Below are positions 39,663 to 49,136 of a stretch of DNA of 52,954 bases, piece by piece. How positions within the stretch are numbered: the first letter of the stretch is position 1; the number at the start of each line of letters is the position of its first letter. Both the position numbers and the translations under genes were made by a program. Where the stretch lies: sequence record SRR20825006_2797. One strand, written 5' to 3'. A model generated the notes under the pieces. It made no database searches. It saw nothing but the letters and a program-made list of their open reading frames with translations, and was not told the origin of the DNA.

Positions 39663-41002
39663 CCACGGGTCCGATCGTATTTGAGGACAGCGACCGTCTG
39701 ACGCTGATCGACCTCGGCCTGCGTAGACTCATGGTGCAGGGCCTGGTGGTGGTTGGTGTGTTGTTTGGTGGCTTGTTCATCTGGTCAGCAGTGGTGCCAC
39801 TTGAAAGCGCGGTGGTCGCGCCGGGTACAGTGCAGGTTTCGGGTGCCAACAAGACGGTCCAGCATTTGGAAGGTGGGATCGTAAAGGAGATCCTGGTCGC
39901 GGATGGAGATACTGTTGAAATCGGCCAGCCACTGATCCGCCTGGATACTTCAGGTGTTGCGGCCTCTCTTGCCAGCCTTGAGGCCCAATTGTTCACCCTG
40001 GCAGGAGAAGAGGCGAGGTTGCTGTCGGAGCGGGAGGGACGTGACGTCGTTGTCCGGACCCCCACAATCGAATTTCTGGAAACTCTAGAGGACGGCAAGC
40101 GACGCGTGGCGCGCGTTATTGCAACTCAGCAGGCCATCTTGGATACGCGTACTCAAGCACTCGAAACCGATGTCCAATTGCTCTCATACAAAATAGATCA
40201 ACAGGGTGAACGCGTTGCGGGTCTGAAAGACCTCATGAGTTCGAATTCCCAACAGATATTGATCCTTGAAGACGAGCTTAACGGGCTTGAGGCATTGTTC
40301 GAAAGAGGGCACGCGCCAAAGAGCCGAATGCTGGCGCTAAAGCGCGAGAAGGAACGTCTTGCTGGCCAACAAGCATCTCATAGAGCGGAGATCGCTCAGA
40401 TACGTACGGCGATGGCGGAAGGCCAGCTGCAGATATCGAGATTGGAAACCGATACGCGTGAGACTGTGCTGACTCAGTTGAAAGAGATCCAGTTGGGTAT
40501 TGAAGACCTTATGGAGCGTCGCCAGTACGCGGCTGACCAATTGGCTCGTACTGAAATTGTTGCGCCTTATGCAGGGCAGGTTTTTGGTGTGAATGTGCAT
40601 GCGGTCAATGGCGTGATTGGTGCGGGCGCGCCTTTGCTATCCATCGTCCCGGATGACGAGGAGTTGGTGATGATCGTCCGAATATCCCCAAGCGAAATCG
40701 ACCGGGTGCAGAATGGGGATTCTGTGCGGATACGCTTTCCCTCGCTCAATGCGTCTCGTACGCCCGAAGTCAGAGGCGCTCTGAAGACCGTGTCGGCTGA
40801 TGTCCTGGTCGAACAGGATGGCATCGCGCCGTATTACCGCGCTGTCGTCGAGCTGACTGAGCAGGAGAAAGAGCGCGTCGGCACCGAGCTGACGCCCGGT
40901 ATGCAAGCGAACGCCATGATCCAGACAGGTCAGCGCACGGCTCTGTCATACTTGACCAAGCCACTTGCAGACTTCACGGCCGTATCGTTCAAAGAAGAAT
41001 AG
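39659..41002 (+). CDS. Type I secretion membrane fusion protein (HlyD/PrtE family)
   Basis: TVQHLEGGIVKEILVADGD, coiled coil, and LTPGM...TGQRTALSYLTKPL. Confidence 0.92.
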   Translation: MTTGPIVFEDSDRLTLIDLGLRRLMVQGLVVVGVLFGGLFIWSAVVPLESAVVAPGTVQVSGANKTVQHLEGGIVKEILVADGDTVEIGQPLIRLDTSGVAASLASLEAQLFTLAGEEARLLSEREGRDVVVRTPTIEFLETLEDGKRRVARVIATQQAILDTRTQALETDVQLLSYKIDQQGERVAGLKDLMSSNSQQILILEDELNGLEALFERGHAPKSRMLALKREKERLAGQQASHRAEIAQIRTAMAEGQLQISRLETDTRETVLTQLKEIQLGIEDLMERRQYAADQLARTEIVAPYAGQVFGVNVHAVNGVIGAGAPLLSIVPDDEELVMIVRISPSEIDRVQNGDSVRIRFPSLNASRTPEVRGALKTVSADVLVEQDGIAPYYRAVVELTEQEKERVGTELTPGMQANAMIQTGQRTALSYLTKPLADFTAVSFKEE

Positions 41003-41011
41003 GCGAGCATT

Positions 41012-42241
41012 TCAGGGCGTCTCGACAGCGGGCCGGGTGTTTGCCGCCGACAGTTCTGCGGTCTTGTCAGCCGATTGAATTTGCTTGGAATATTTTCTTC
41101 CGAGGTCCTGCAGCGGGCGTTCGAGATAGTGATAGCTCAGCGTTGCAAGCGGAATGGTCACTGCCAGCGTCAAGGCTGCAATGAACGCCATCATGGCAAG
41201 TGCAGAGACAGGTGAAGGATCGGCACCAAGCATCGGCCCAAGCAATTCTGCGAATGCGAACAAGATGATGAAATGCAAGAGGTACAGCCCGTAGGAGATA
41301 TCTCCGAGGAAGACGAGCTTCTTGGAGGCCAGCCAGCCTTCACTACGACCATAAAAAGTTATGGTGACAAGAAATGTTGCGGCAAGAGATACGACCAGAA
41401 CAGAAGACGGGTCCACGTGAACCCATGGCCGGAAAATCCGCTGGACGAACATGCCAGCGAAAAGTGCACCGGCAATGAGAAGGTAGCGAAACCATTTCGG
41501 AAACCGAAAATATAGGTCGGCGACCATGCGTCCATAGTTCGGTATCAGAGCACCCAGAAAGAATGCGATCAGATAGACATTCACATGGCCGATGTGCAGC
41601 GGTGCGTACATTAGTGCCACCAGCACAACAAGCGTAGCGGCTATAAGGGCCGGCCGACGCGTCAGAACGACAAACAAAGGCATCAAAAATGATGCAATGA
41701 TCTCTGTCCGGATGGTCCACGCCGGAGAGTTCAGGCTATTGGAGTAGCCGACGGCATTGAGAAGCGTTTCTATGAGACCGGGGTCCTGGTTGAAATATCC
41801 ATTCATCCAATTCGTGGCCCCAGCCGTGGGCGCATCACTGAAATACAGCCAGTGCATGGCCGCAGCAAACAATGTCACCGCGATCAGTAGCGGATACAGG
41901 CGAAAGAGACGTCGAACATAATAGCCAGCCAGATGAGCAAGTCCTTTGCCCTTCGACCGGCGCAGGGAAAGCGTGAGAACTGTCCCGCTCAACACGAAGA
42001 AGAGAACAACTGCGGCAGGTCCGTTGAAAAATCCGATCAGGCCGTGAACCAGCATATGGAACGGTTCAGAAAAATTGAGACCGTGCCGTTGCGGTGTATC
42101 CAGTCCAGAAACCTTGAACAACAGGAATGCATGATAAATCACGACGAAAGAGGCGGCAGTGCCTCTCAGGCTCGCAAGACTGTTTGAGAACGTCACCTGC
42201 TCAGACGAAGAAGGATTTGGGAGAATTGGTTGTGAAGTCAT
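41012..42241 (-). CDS. Acyltransferase-3 (OafA/ExoZ-like) membrane O-acyltransferase
   Basis: SLRGTAA..V...H, AVVLFFVLSG, RRLFRLYP, WTIRTE, LGDISYGLYLLH and YLERP. Confidence 0.88.
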   Translation of the reverse strand: MTSQPILPNPSSSEQVTFSNSLASLRGTAASFVVIYHAFLLFKVSGLDTPQRHGLNFSEPFHMLVHGLIGFFNGPAAVVLFFVLSGTVLTLSLRRSKGKGLAHLAGYYVRRLFRLYPLLIAVTLFAAAMHWLYFSDAPTAGATNWMNGYFNQDPGLIETLLNAVGYSNSLNSPAWTIRTEIIASFLMPLFVVLTRRPALIAATLVVLVALMYAPLHIGHVNVYLIAFFLGALIPNYGRMVADLYFRFPKWFRYLLIAGALFAGMFVQRIFRPWVHVDPSSVLVVSLAATFLVTITFYGRSEGWLASKKLVFLGDISYGLYLLHFIILFAFAELLGPMLGADPSPVSALAMMAFIAALTLAVTIPLATLSYHYLERPLQDLGRKYSKQIQSADKTAELSAANTRPAVETP

Positions 42242-42304
42242 AACGCAAATCTTTTCAAGGTATTGTGCAAGCACCGCATGAGCGCCAGCATACAGGTGCC
42301 TGCC

Positions 42305-42748
42305 CTAGGCAAACTCGGCATATGGATTGAAGCAAGCCGTCATGGAGCCGAGATAGGTCGTGGGTTCAGTGGCGGGCTCATCAAGCAACGTATAGTCGGT
42401 GCGCACGATAAAGGCGGTGAGCAGGGCGCGTTCGAAATCGGCTTGATGATCAGACAATTTCGGAATTCCGCCCCCGGATACAGTTGATCCGAGCCCAATC
42501 AATTCCAGTCCGCGCAGCGTGGCCGACTTGATGAAGGAAGGTGCAGCCTCAGCCTCCCGAAAGTCTCGTACGAAGGTCTCAAATTCCGCTTTGTCCATTT
42601 TGAACGGACCGACCAGCCGTCTCAGCGTGCGCCGGATATGCCCCTGATCGGTCGTCAGCAGAACCGTGCCAGCCCCAGCTGCTGCCGCTACGCCAACGCC
42701 GCCTAAAATCATGGCCCGGCGAGAAAGTGAGAGTCTGTTCCGGGTCAT
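42305..42748 (-). CDS. Tat-signal small protein, putative hitchhiker subunit of the GMC dehydrogenase
   Basis: Twin-arginine signal LSRRAMIL. Its start overlaps the GMC stop (ATGA). Confidence 0.6.
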   Translation of the reverse strand: MTRNRLSLSRRAMILGGVGVAAAAGAGTVLLTTDQGHIRRTLRRLVGPFKMDKAEFETFVRDFREAEAAPSFIKSATLRGLELIGLGSTVSGGGIPKLSDHQADFERALLTAFIVRTDYTLLDEPATEPTTYLGSMTACFNPYAEFA

Positions 42749-44205
42749 ATGGTCACCTTCGCAGTCAGCTTTTCAGCTGCCCTCAAGCTGAGAGCGGCAA
42801 CGGTCAGGCTGGGGTTGCCGGTTCCACATGTTGGGAACACAGACGAGCCGACCACAATGAGATTTCGGTATTTGTGGTGAATGAGATCTCCATCCACCAC
42901 GGAGCTTGCCGGATCGGACCCCATGCGCATCGTGCTTTGCAGATGCGACTCCGTCCGGCGTATCCGGCGGAACACAACCTCTTCTACGGGTAGGGGTTGA
43001 AGGATCTCGTCCAAACCGTCGATGGCTGCCTGCAAACCTTTCTTGGCGTAGTCGCTGGCGCCCATGAAGTGAACGATTGGCTCTCCGTTCTCGCCGAGTT
43101 CGACGCGATTTCCGTCTTCAAGCATCTCTTCGACAACGATAGAGATTGGAAGCGTCTGCCGCCATTTCGAGCGCTCTGTCCGAAGGCCAAACTTCCAACG
43201 ATTTTCAAAGTAGATAAGCGCTGCGCCGCGATCGGCGCGGAAGTCGCCATCTGCGAAACTATAGTCCAAGCCAGTCGTGATAGTGGAACCGTCGAAATTC
43301 TCCATACCATCCAGCAGGATTTCTAGATCAGCCCCATAAGTCTCGTTTAGGCCGGCACCGGTCAGCGCATCGGCCATTCCAGATGCCTGCATGATAGCAG
43401 GGCTATGAATGGCATTTGCGCCGAGTACAAACACGTCTCCGGTAACCGAGAATGTCTTTCCCGCGGACTCGAAACTCGCGCTCTTTACCGTATTATTCGT
43501 CGAGTCAAAGCTGGTGACGCGGCTGTTCAGGATCACCGTCACGCGATGGTCGTTATACACATCCATCAGGCCGTTCTGGGCCGTGAACTTCGCATCGGCC
43601 GGGCAAATCATGCATCGCAAGGAGGCGCAGCAGGGGCCGCGTCCTTCCGTGGCAACTCGGGCACGAGCAGTGGGAATAATAAAGTGTGTGTCGGGTCGCG
43701 CCGCCTTCATCACCTGATCGGGCGTAGAAGGATGATGCGGTGGTTGTGGAAACGGTTTCGAACGTGGCGCGATGCCGTGCATGTCCGGATCGCCTGAAAC
43801 CGACATGATGGTTTCTGCATCGCAATAGTAGGGTTCCAGCTCATCATAGCTGACAGGCCAGTCCTGGCCGACGCCGTACTTGGACTTCAGCCGGAAATCA
43901 TTTGGCAGAAATCTGGGCGATTGGGCGAACCAGCAATTCGTCCCGCCACCAAACCCGATGGTGAAGTTCCACGGCTTGTCGCTGTCGGAATGATAAGTCG
44001 TTGCCCGGTCGATCGAGCTGTTCCGGTTTTCGTTCACTTGCCACGAATGGGCATTATAATCGCCGCGTTCGATGACGAGCACTCGACCGGTTATTGTCTC
44101 CAGTAATTTCGACAGAAAGAAACCGGAGCCAAAGCCGGAGCCGACCACGACAAAGTCGTAATGCTGTGAATTCACAGTTTCCGGCTGTGCCAGATTTTTT
44201 AGCAT
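42745..44205 (-). CDS. GMC family FAD oxidoreductase with Cys-rich Fe-S motif
   Basis: VVVGSGFG, GFGGGTNCW, DWPVSYDELEPYY, CCASLRCMICP, HLQSTMRMG, and NPSLTVAALSLR. Confidence 0.88.
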   Translation of the reverse strand: MLKNLAQPETVNSQHYDFVVVGSGFGSGFFLSKLLETITGRVLVIERGDYNAHSWQVNENRNSSIDRATTYHSDSDKPWNFTIGFGGGTNCWFAQSPRFLPNDFRLKSKYGVGQDWPVSYDELEPYYCDAETIMSVSGDPDMHGIAPRSKPFPQPPHHPSTPDQVMKAARPDTHFIIPTARARVATEGRGPCCASLRCMICPADAKFTAQNGLMDVYNDHRVTVILNSRVTSFDSTNNTVKSASFESAGKTFSVTGDVFVLGANAIHSPAIMQASGMADALTGAGLNETYGADLEILLDGMENFDGSTITTGLDYSFADGDFRADRGAALIYFENRWKFGLRTERSKWRQTLPISIVVEEMLEDGNRVELGENGEPIVHFMGASDYAKKGLQAAIDGLDEILQPLPVEEVVFRRIRRTESHLQSTMRMGSDPASSVVDGDLIHHKYRNLIVVGSSVFPTCGTGNPSLTVAALSLRAAEKLTAKVTI

Positions 44206-44634
44206 GACCCCACCTTTGATCCCCATTCATGCAGCGCTGCAGCATGGGTCTGAAAAGAGACCCGATAGCGCCGGTATTCTTTATTCATCTGGCGCTATAT
44301 TTGCAATTCGCATGCTAGAGGGGATCGTCCCCAAATAGTCAGGCTCTCCATCTAACATTTCTACACGGGGGCGTCTCCCGAAACCCGGGCGTGTTCGCGC
44401 CGGAAACTTGGGACATGACCGAAAAAGGGGAATTGAGGCAAGGTAAGCGCCATGGGTGCACAACAAGCGAGCATTCCAATGACAAGCGCAATGAAAATCA
44501 ACCGGATCAAATTATCAAAATCTAGATAGAGATCCGGCAGTGACGTCCTTGTACTATTAACCAGCCAGAATTTCGCACTGTAGCAGCCTGCAACAGTATT
44601 GAGAACGAGCCAGAGAAAGCCTCCATTCCAGAAC

Positions 44635-46170
44635 ATGTCCAAGAACGACACGCCTCCCGAGGATGACGACCTCAACAATATCAATACGACTGCGGCGGGC
44701 CTTGCGAGTGGAGCTGCGATCACCGGCGTCGCTCAGGGCTTTCGAGTTGTGCTGGGGTTTGTTCAGGGTATCGTCTTGGCGCGCCTGTTGCTGCCGGCTG
44801 ACTTCGGTCTCGTTGCCATGGTTGCGCCCGCCGTCGCCTTCGCGGCCATGGTCAAGGAACTCGGTCTGAACCAGGCGACGGTACAGCGAGACCAGATATC
44901 GCAGCAGATTGTGAGCAATCTTTTCTGGCTCAGCGTTTCGATGAGCATTTTGCTGGCCGTCATCATGGCGGCGTGTGCGCCTTTGCTTGCCGATTTCTAT
45001 GGAGAGCCTGAAGTCCAGGCGCTCGCGGTCGCGTATGCTGCAACGATCGTGGTCTGGGGCCTGCAATCCCAGCCGGCCGCCTTGTTGGCTCGCAAGCTCG
45101 CGTTCAAGACCATCGCGATCATCGAGGTCGTTTCGTTGCTCGCCGGGTTCATTGTCGCGGTCGCAACCGCCTATCTGACCCGAAGCTATTGGGCGCTCTT
45201 CTACGGCACGATTGTTACGGCGGCTGTTTCCACACTCGCCAGCTGGATGGCCAGCAAGTTCAAGCCGATGAAAATAGGCAGTGCGGAAGGCATGAGGGAG
45301 ATGATCGGGTTCGGCTCCAGTATCGCCGGATTTGACCTTCTCAATTTTGCCTCACGAAATGCCGACAATATTCTAATCGCGCGCTTTCATGATGCGGTCG
45401 AACTCGGTCTTTATGACCGGGCCTACAAGCTTCTGCTCTTCCCATTGCAGAAAATTACTTATCCGCTCTCCAGGGTGATGGTGCCGTTCCTTTCTCGTAA
45501 TGTGAACCAGCCTGAGCGCTACAAGCGTGCTTACTTTGTGGCCGTCACCATTATTCTTGTTGCCGCGCAGCCGGGCGTTCTGGTCGGCATACTGTTCGCC
45601 GACGAAATTTTCCTCGTCCTGCTGGGCAAGGAGTGGGTGCCGGCGGCGCCAGTTTTCATGTGGCTCGGAATTGCTGGTCTTGTTCAGGTTATGACCTCGA
45701 CCATGGGTTGGCTGTTCGTCAGCCAGGGGCGAGGTAAGCACTATCTCATGGTCGGCGCCGTTACTGCCGTGATTTCCATAACCTCCTTCGTTGTGGGATT
45801 GCCCCAAGGGGCCGTAGGCGTGGCTGCGGCGTATGCCATTGGCGATCTAGTGTTCAAGACGCCTTATGTCTGGTTCATGGCATCCCGCAATGGGACCGTC
45901 AGGTTCGGAGATTTCGTGCGTCTGCTCATGCCGCACCTGTTGGCGTTGGCAGTCGCAGCTGCTGCACTTTATTTCACGGGGCAGTCGTTCCAGCAGATCG
46001 GCTTTCTACAAATTGGCCTGCTTTTGGCGCTCTCTTATGGCATATACCTTGCTGTTCTGACCTTGTTCAAAGAAAAGGTTTCGATGGCGCGAGAACTGCT
46101 TGAAATGGTCTGGAACAGCATTCAGTCCAAGCGACAGGCTCGAGCGGCTCAAAAGGGAATGCAGGAATGA
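44635..46170 (+). CDS. Wzx flippase 2 (WzxC-like)
   Basis: LARLLLPADFGLVAM, NADNILI and LGLYDRAYKL. Confidence 0.88.
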   Translation: MSKNDTPPEDDDLNNINTTAAGLASGAAITGVAQGFRVVLGFVQGIVLARLLLPADFGLVAMVAPAVAFAAMVKELGLNQATVQRDQISQQIVSNLFWLSVSMSILLAVIMAACAPLLADFYGEPEVQALAVAYAATIVVWGLQSQPAALLARKLAFKTIAIIEVVSLLAGFIVAVATAYLTRSYWALFYGTIVTAAVSTLASWMASKFKPMKIGSAEGMREMIGFGSSIAGFDLLNFASRNADNILIARFHDAVELGLYDRAYKLLLFPLQKITYPLSRVMVPFLSRNVNQPERYKRAYFVAVTIILVAAQPGVLVGILFADEIFLVLLGKEWVPAAPVFMWLGIAGLVQVMTSTMGWLFVSQGRGKHYLMVGAVTAVISITSFVVGLPQGAVGVAAAYAIGDLVFKTPYVWFMASRNGTVRFGDFVRLLMPHLLALAVAAAALYFTGQSFQQIGFLQIGLLLALSYGIYLAVLTLFKEKVSMARELLEMVWNSIQSKRQARAAQKGMQE

Positions 46171-47186
46171 ACTATCGCTCTCTCGCAGATATGTATGACG
46201 CTATAACGATGGGGCTTGGCCGGTTGCCGGACAACATCGATCTAATCGTGGGCGTTCCGCGCAGCGGCTTGATTCCGGCGAACTTCCTTGGCCTTTTGCT
46301 GAACCTGCCCATCACGGATGTTGAAGGTTTGATTGAGGGGCGCGTCATGGCTTCGGGACGCACGCGTCGCGGTGCGGCGGTGAACAAGACCTTCGCCGAG
46401 ATGAAGAATGTGCTGGTGATTGATGACAGCGTGTTCCACGGCAATTCCATTCGCGCTGTAAAGGAGCGGCTGGATGTCGAACTTGAAGGATACAATCTGA
46501 CGTATTGCGCCGTTTTCGGTCCCAAGATGACGCACCCGGATATCGACATTGTTCTGGACGCTGTACCCCAGCCGCGAATTTTTCAATGGAACCTCTTCCA
46601 CCACGGCCTGCTTAAGGAATGCTGCATCGATATTGATGGCGTCCTTTGCCTGGACCCCACGGCCCAGCAAAATGATGACGGCGACCGCTATCGCGAATTT
46701 ATCCTCAACGCGATACCGCTGAATCGTCCGACAAAGCCATTAGGCCATCTGGTAACGAGCCGACTTGAAAAGTATCGCCCGGAAACGGAAGCTTGGCTCG
46801 AGAAGTGGGGCATCCAGTACGAGTCGCTCAACATGCTAGACCTGCCAAACAAGGAGGCCCGCCAGAAAGCAAAGGCGCATGGGTCGTTCAAGGCGGAAGT
46901 CTATCGCAACAAGAACAGCATTATGTTCATTGAAAGCGAACACGACCAAGCGGTTGAAATCGCCCGTCTATCTGGCAAGCCAGCGCTATGCATTGAGACG
47001 CAGCAAATGCATATGCCTGCCAGCGGTGATCTGCGCACAATTCAGCAATCCATGAAAGGGTTGCCTCGGCGGATTGTGCTTCAGAAGACGCCCTTGTCAA
47101 ACAAACAGTCGATGAAGAATTTTGTTCGTTCAATTGTGGGCGACAGAGGATACGCGCTCATGAAGAAGGCGTCGGGTAGATCCTGA
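46167..47186 (+). CDS. Type I phosphoribosyltransferase fused to a HAD-like phosphatase
   Basis: IVGVPRSG and PRPP loop VLVIDDSVFHG. C-terminal DIDGVL, VTSR, FKAEVY and FIES. Coupled to wzx2 by ATGA. Confidence 0.75.
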   Translation: MNYRSLADMYDAITMGLGRLPDNIDLIVGVPRSGLIPANFLGLLLNLPITDVEGLIEGRVMASGRTRRGAAVNKTFAEMKNVLVIDDSVFHGNSIRAVKERLDVELEGYNLTYCAVFGPKMTHPDIDIVLDAVPQPRIFQWNLFHHGLLKECCIDIDGVLCLDPTAQQNDDGDRYREFILNAIPLNRPTKPLGHLVTSRLEKYRPETEAWLEKWGIQYESLNMLDLPNKEARQKAKAHGSFKAEVYRNKNSIMFIESEHDQAVEIARLSGKPALCIETQQMHMPASGDLRTIQQSMKGLPRRIVLQKTPLSNKQSMKNFVRSIVGDRGYALMKKASGRS

Positions 47187-47412
47187 CGCAAATCCCTTCG
47201 TTAGCGTTATCGTTTCAGAGTTTTTTTAAGATGAATACGGACTAATACTTATTTCGCTGAAGCGATCAGTAGTAATTATCAATAAAAAACTAGTCTGACC
47301 GGGCCGGTTTTCCATTCCGATAAACTCTTCGGCGTGTTAAATGGTCGTAATGTATATTTCTGTTTCCGGGTGGAGGAACGCTGCTTCGGAGACCTAGTGG
47401 GGTGACAATAAA

Positions 47413-49125
47413 ATGGCAGGGCTACGGTGGGCAACACTCGGGCATAGATCCAACCTATCCGACGATGACAATCTGACACCAATCATCAAGTTTGGGACAA
47501 TCGGCATCATTGTGCTGGCAAGCTTGTTGCTGGTTCCGATTTTCAACTTCATTGCCAATTATTCGGCCGCTTGGCACCCTGAACGCGCGCTTGCGATTTA
47601 CATTGCAATCGCAGTTTGCTGCGCGCTGGCTGCCATCATCAAGTATGATGATGTGCCAAAGTATCTTCGGATAATCATCAAGGGTCTCGCCCTCTTCCTC
47701 GGCTTTTACAGCCTGTGGTTGGGCGCGGATTTTTCGAGTGTAAACGAGAACGTTCAGAGCGGCGCTGGAAACTTTATTGTTGTCGTTCCATTCATTGTTT
47801 TCGCCGCCACGATTGCCGCCATGTTTCGGCCATCCCTGGCGCTGTTACCTCCCTTGTATCTATTGATCCACAAGGACCTGACACGGGTTCTGTCTGGCGC
47901 GAAGGAACTCGGTCGCAATGATTATGCGCCGCTTGTGGAAGTGCTTGTCTTCACGGCCGGCGCGGTTGTGGCGCTTGGCCTGTTCGTAAAAGCGGTAGAG
48001 ATCGCCAAGCGGAAGCAGATTATCCCGGAGCGCTTTCACACGGGTATTCAGCAGGGCATCACCGCGTTGCCACTCATCATTCTTTGCATGGCGGTCGGCG
48101 CTCATCTGGGCAACTACTTCATGTCTGGCTTGGCGAAGATTCACCTTGATGGAGGTGTCTTTGCTTGGGTTTCTGACAATCCAACCAGTTCTCTGATGTT
48201 GGCTGGCTATAATGTCGGTGCCGCACCAGGGGCGTATGCGCCCGGGCTTTTCGGTTTTGCATATTCAGTTCTTCGCGCAGTCGAGCCGTATCTCAACGTC
48301 GTAACATTGGCGGCGCAGTTCTTGTGCTTCCTCGCTTTTTTGCGCGTGCGAACCATGTTGGCCTTCACCGTCTTCTTCGACATGATGCACATCGCAATCT
48401 TTCTGCTGACCGGCGCGTTGTTCGTTCCCTGGATTTTGTTGAACAGCCTTCTCGCATCGGCTTTTGTCGCGATGAAGATGGATCGACTTCCCAAGGAGGC
48501 GATCATTGCTGGCGTACTTGTCACGATCATGGGACATACAGTTTTCTACAATGCACGCCTTGGTTGGTATGATAGCCGGGAATTGCGAGATTCCTATTTC
48601 ACCGCGATCACCGATACAGGTGAAGAGTACCGGGTCCCCAATAGCTTCTTCCGGCAGTCTTCTTATCTCATGTACACACGTAACTTTGGATATCGCGAGC
48701 ATCGCGGACCGTCTCGTCACGTGCCGACGTCGCAATGGGGGCAGATTGGCATCGGCGTTCACTCGGACGAAATCGCCAATTACGATATCATGAAAGCTAC
48801 CAAGACTTGCTCCTATCATTCACCGTACGAAAATGATGCGTCTATCGTCGATTTTGATGCCGGAGCCGCGTCGAGCTTCATCGGCTCTCATCACCAGATG
48901 ATGCTGCAGCAGAAAATTAAATCGGGCAAAATGCCGTCTTACCACCTATATCCTCACCATCATTATTCCATGCCGGTGAGATACAAGGGGTTTGAAGCGT
49001 TGAATCTGGAAAACATCGCAGGCTATCGTTACAATGTCGAAACGGTGTGTCTCGACTGGCAAGATGGCGCATTCAAGCGAGATGTTCTGGTGAGCACAAA
49101 AACCGACATCATTCCGGTAAACTAG
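47413..49125 (+). CDS. HTTM-like polytopic membrane protein
   Basis: About 10 TM helices, NYFMSGLAK...W, FDMMHIAIFLLTGALF, and a soluble C-terminal domain. Confidence 0.55.
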   Translation: MAGLRWATLGHRSNLSDDDNLTPIIKFGTIGIIVLASLLLVPIFNFIANYSAAWHPERALAIYIAIAVCCALAAIIKYDDVPKYLRIIIKGLALFLGFYSLWLGADFSSVNENVQSGAGNFIVVVPFIVFAATIAAMFRPSLALLPPLYLLIHKDLTRVLSGAKELGRNDYAPLVEVLVFTAGAVVALGLFVKAVEIAKRKQIIPERFHTGIQQGITALPLIILCMAVGAHLGNYFMSGLAKIHLDGGVFAWVSDNPTSSLMLAGYNVGAAPGAYAPGLFGFAYSVLRAVEPYLNVVTLAAQFLCFLAFLRVRTMLAFTVFFDMMHIAIFLLTGALFVPWILLNSLLASAFVAMKMDRLPKEAIIAGVLVTIMGHTVFYNARLGWYDSRELRDSYFTAITDTGEEYRVPNSFFRQSSYLMYTRNFGYREHRGPSRHVPTSQWGQIGIGVHSDEIANYDIMKATKTCSYHSPYENDASIVDFDAGAASSFIGSHHQMMLQQKIKSGKMPSYHLYPHHHYSMPVRYKGFEALNLENIAGYRYNVETVCLDWQDGAFKRDVLVSTKTDIIPVN

Positions 49126-49136
49126 CGGCGATCAAA

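Noticed and set aside
44281-44723. ORFs in the GMC/wzx2 divergent region
   Set aside because: They have no motif or RBS support and partly overlap wzx2. The region is better explained as divergent promoters.
47187-47412. AT-rich intergenic tract as a mobile element scar or sRNA
   Set aside because: No terminal repeats or stable structure were seen. It is consistent with a promoter region.
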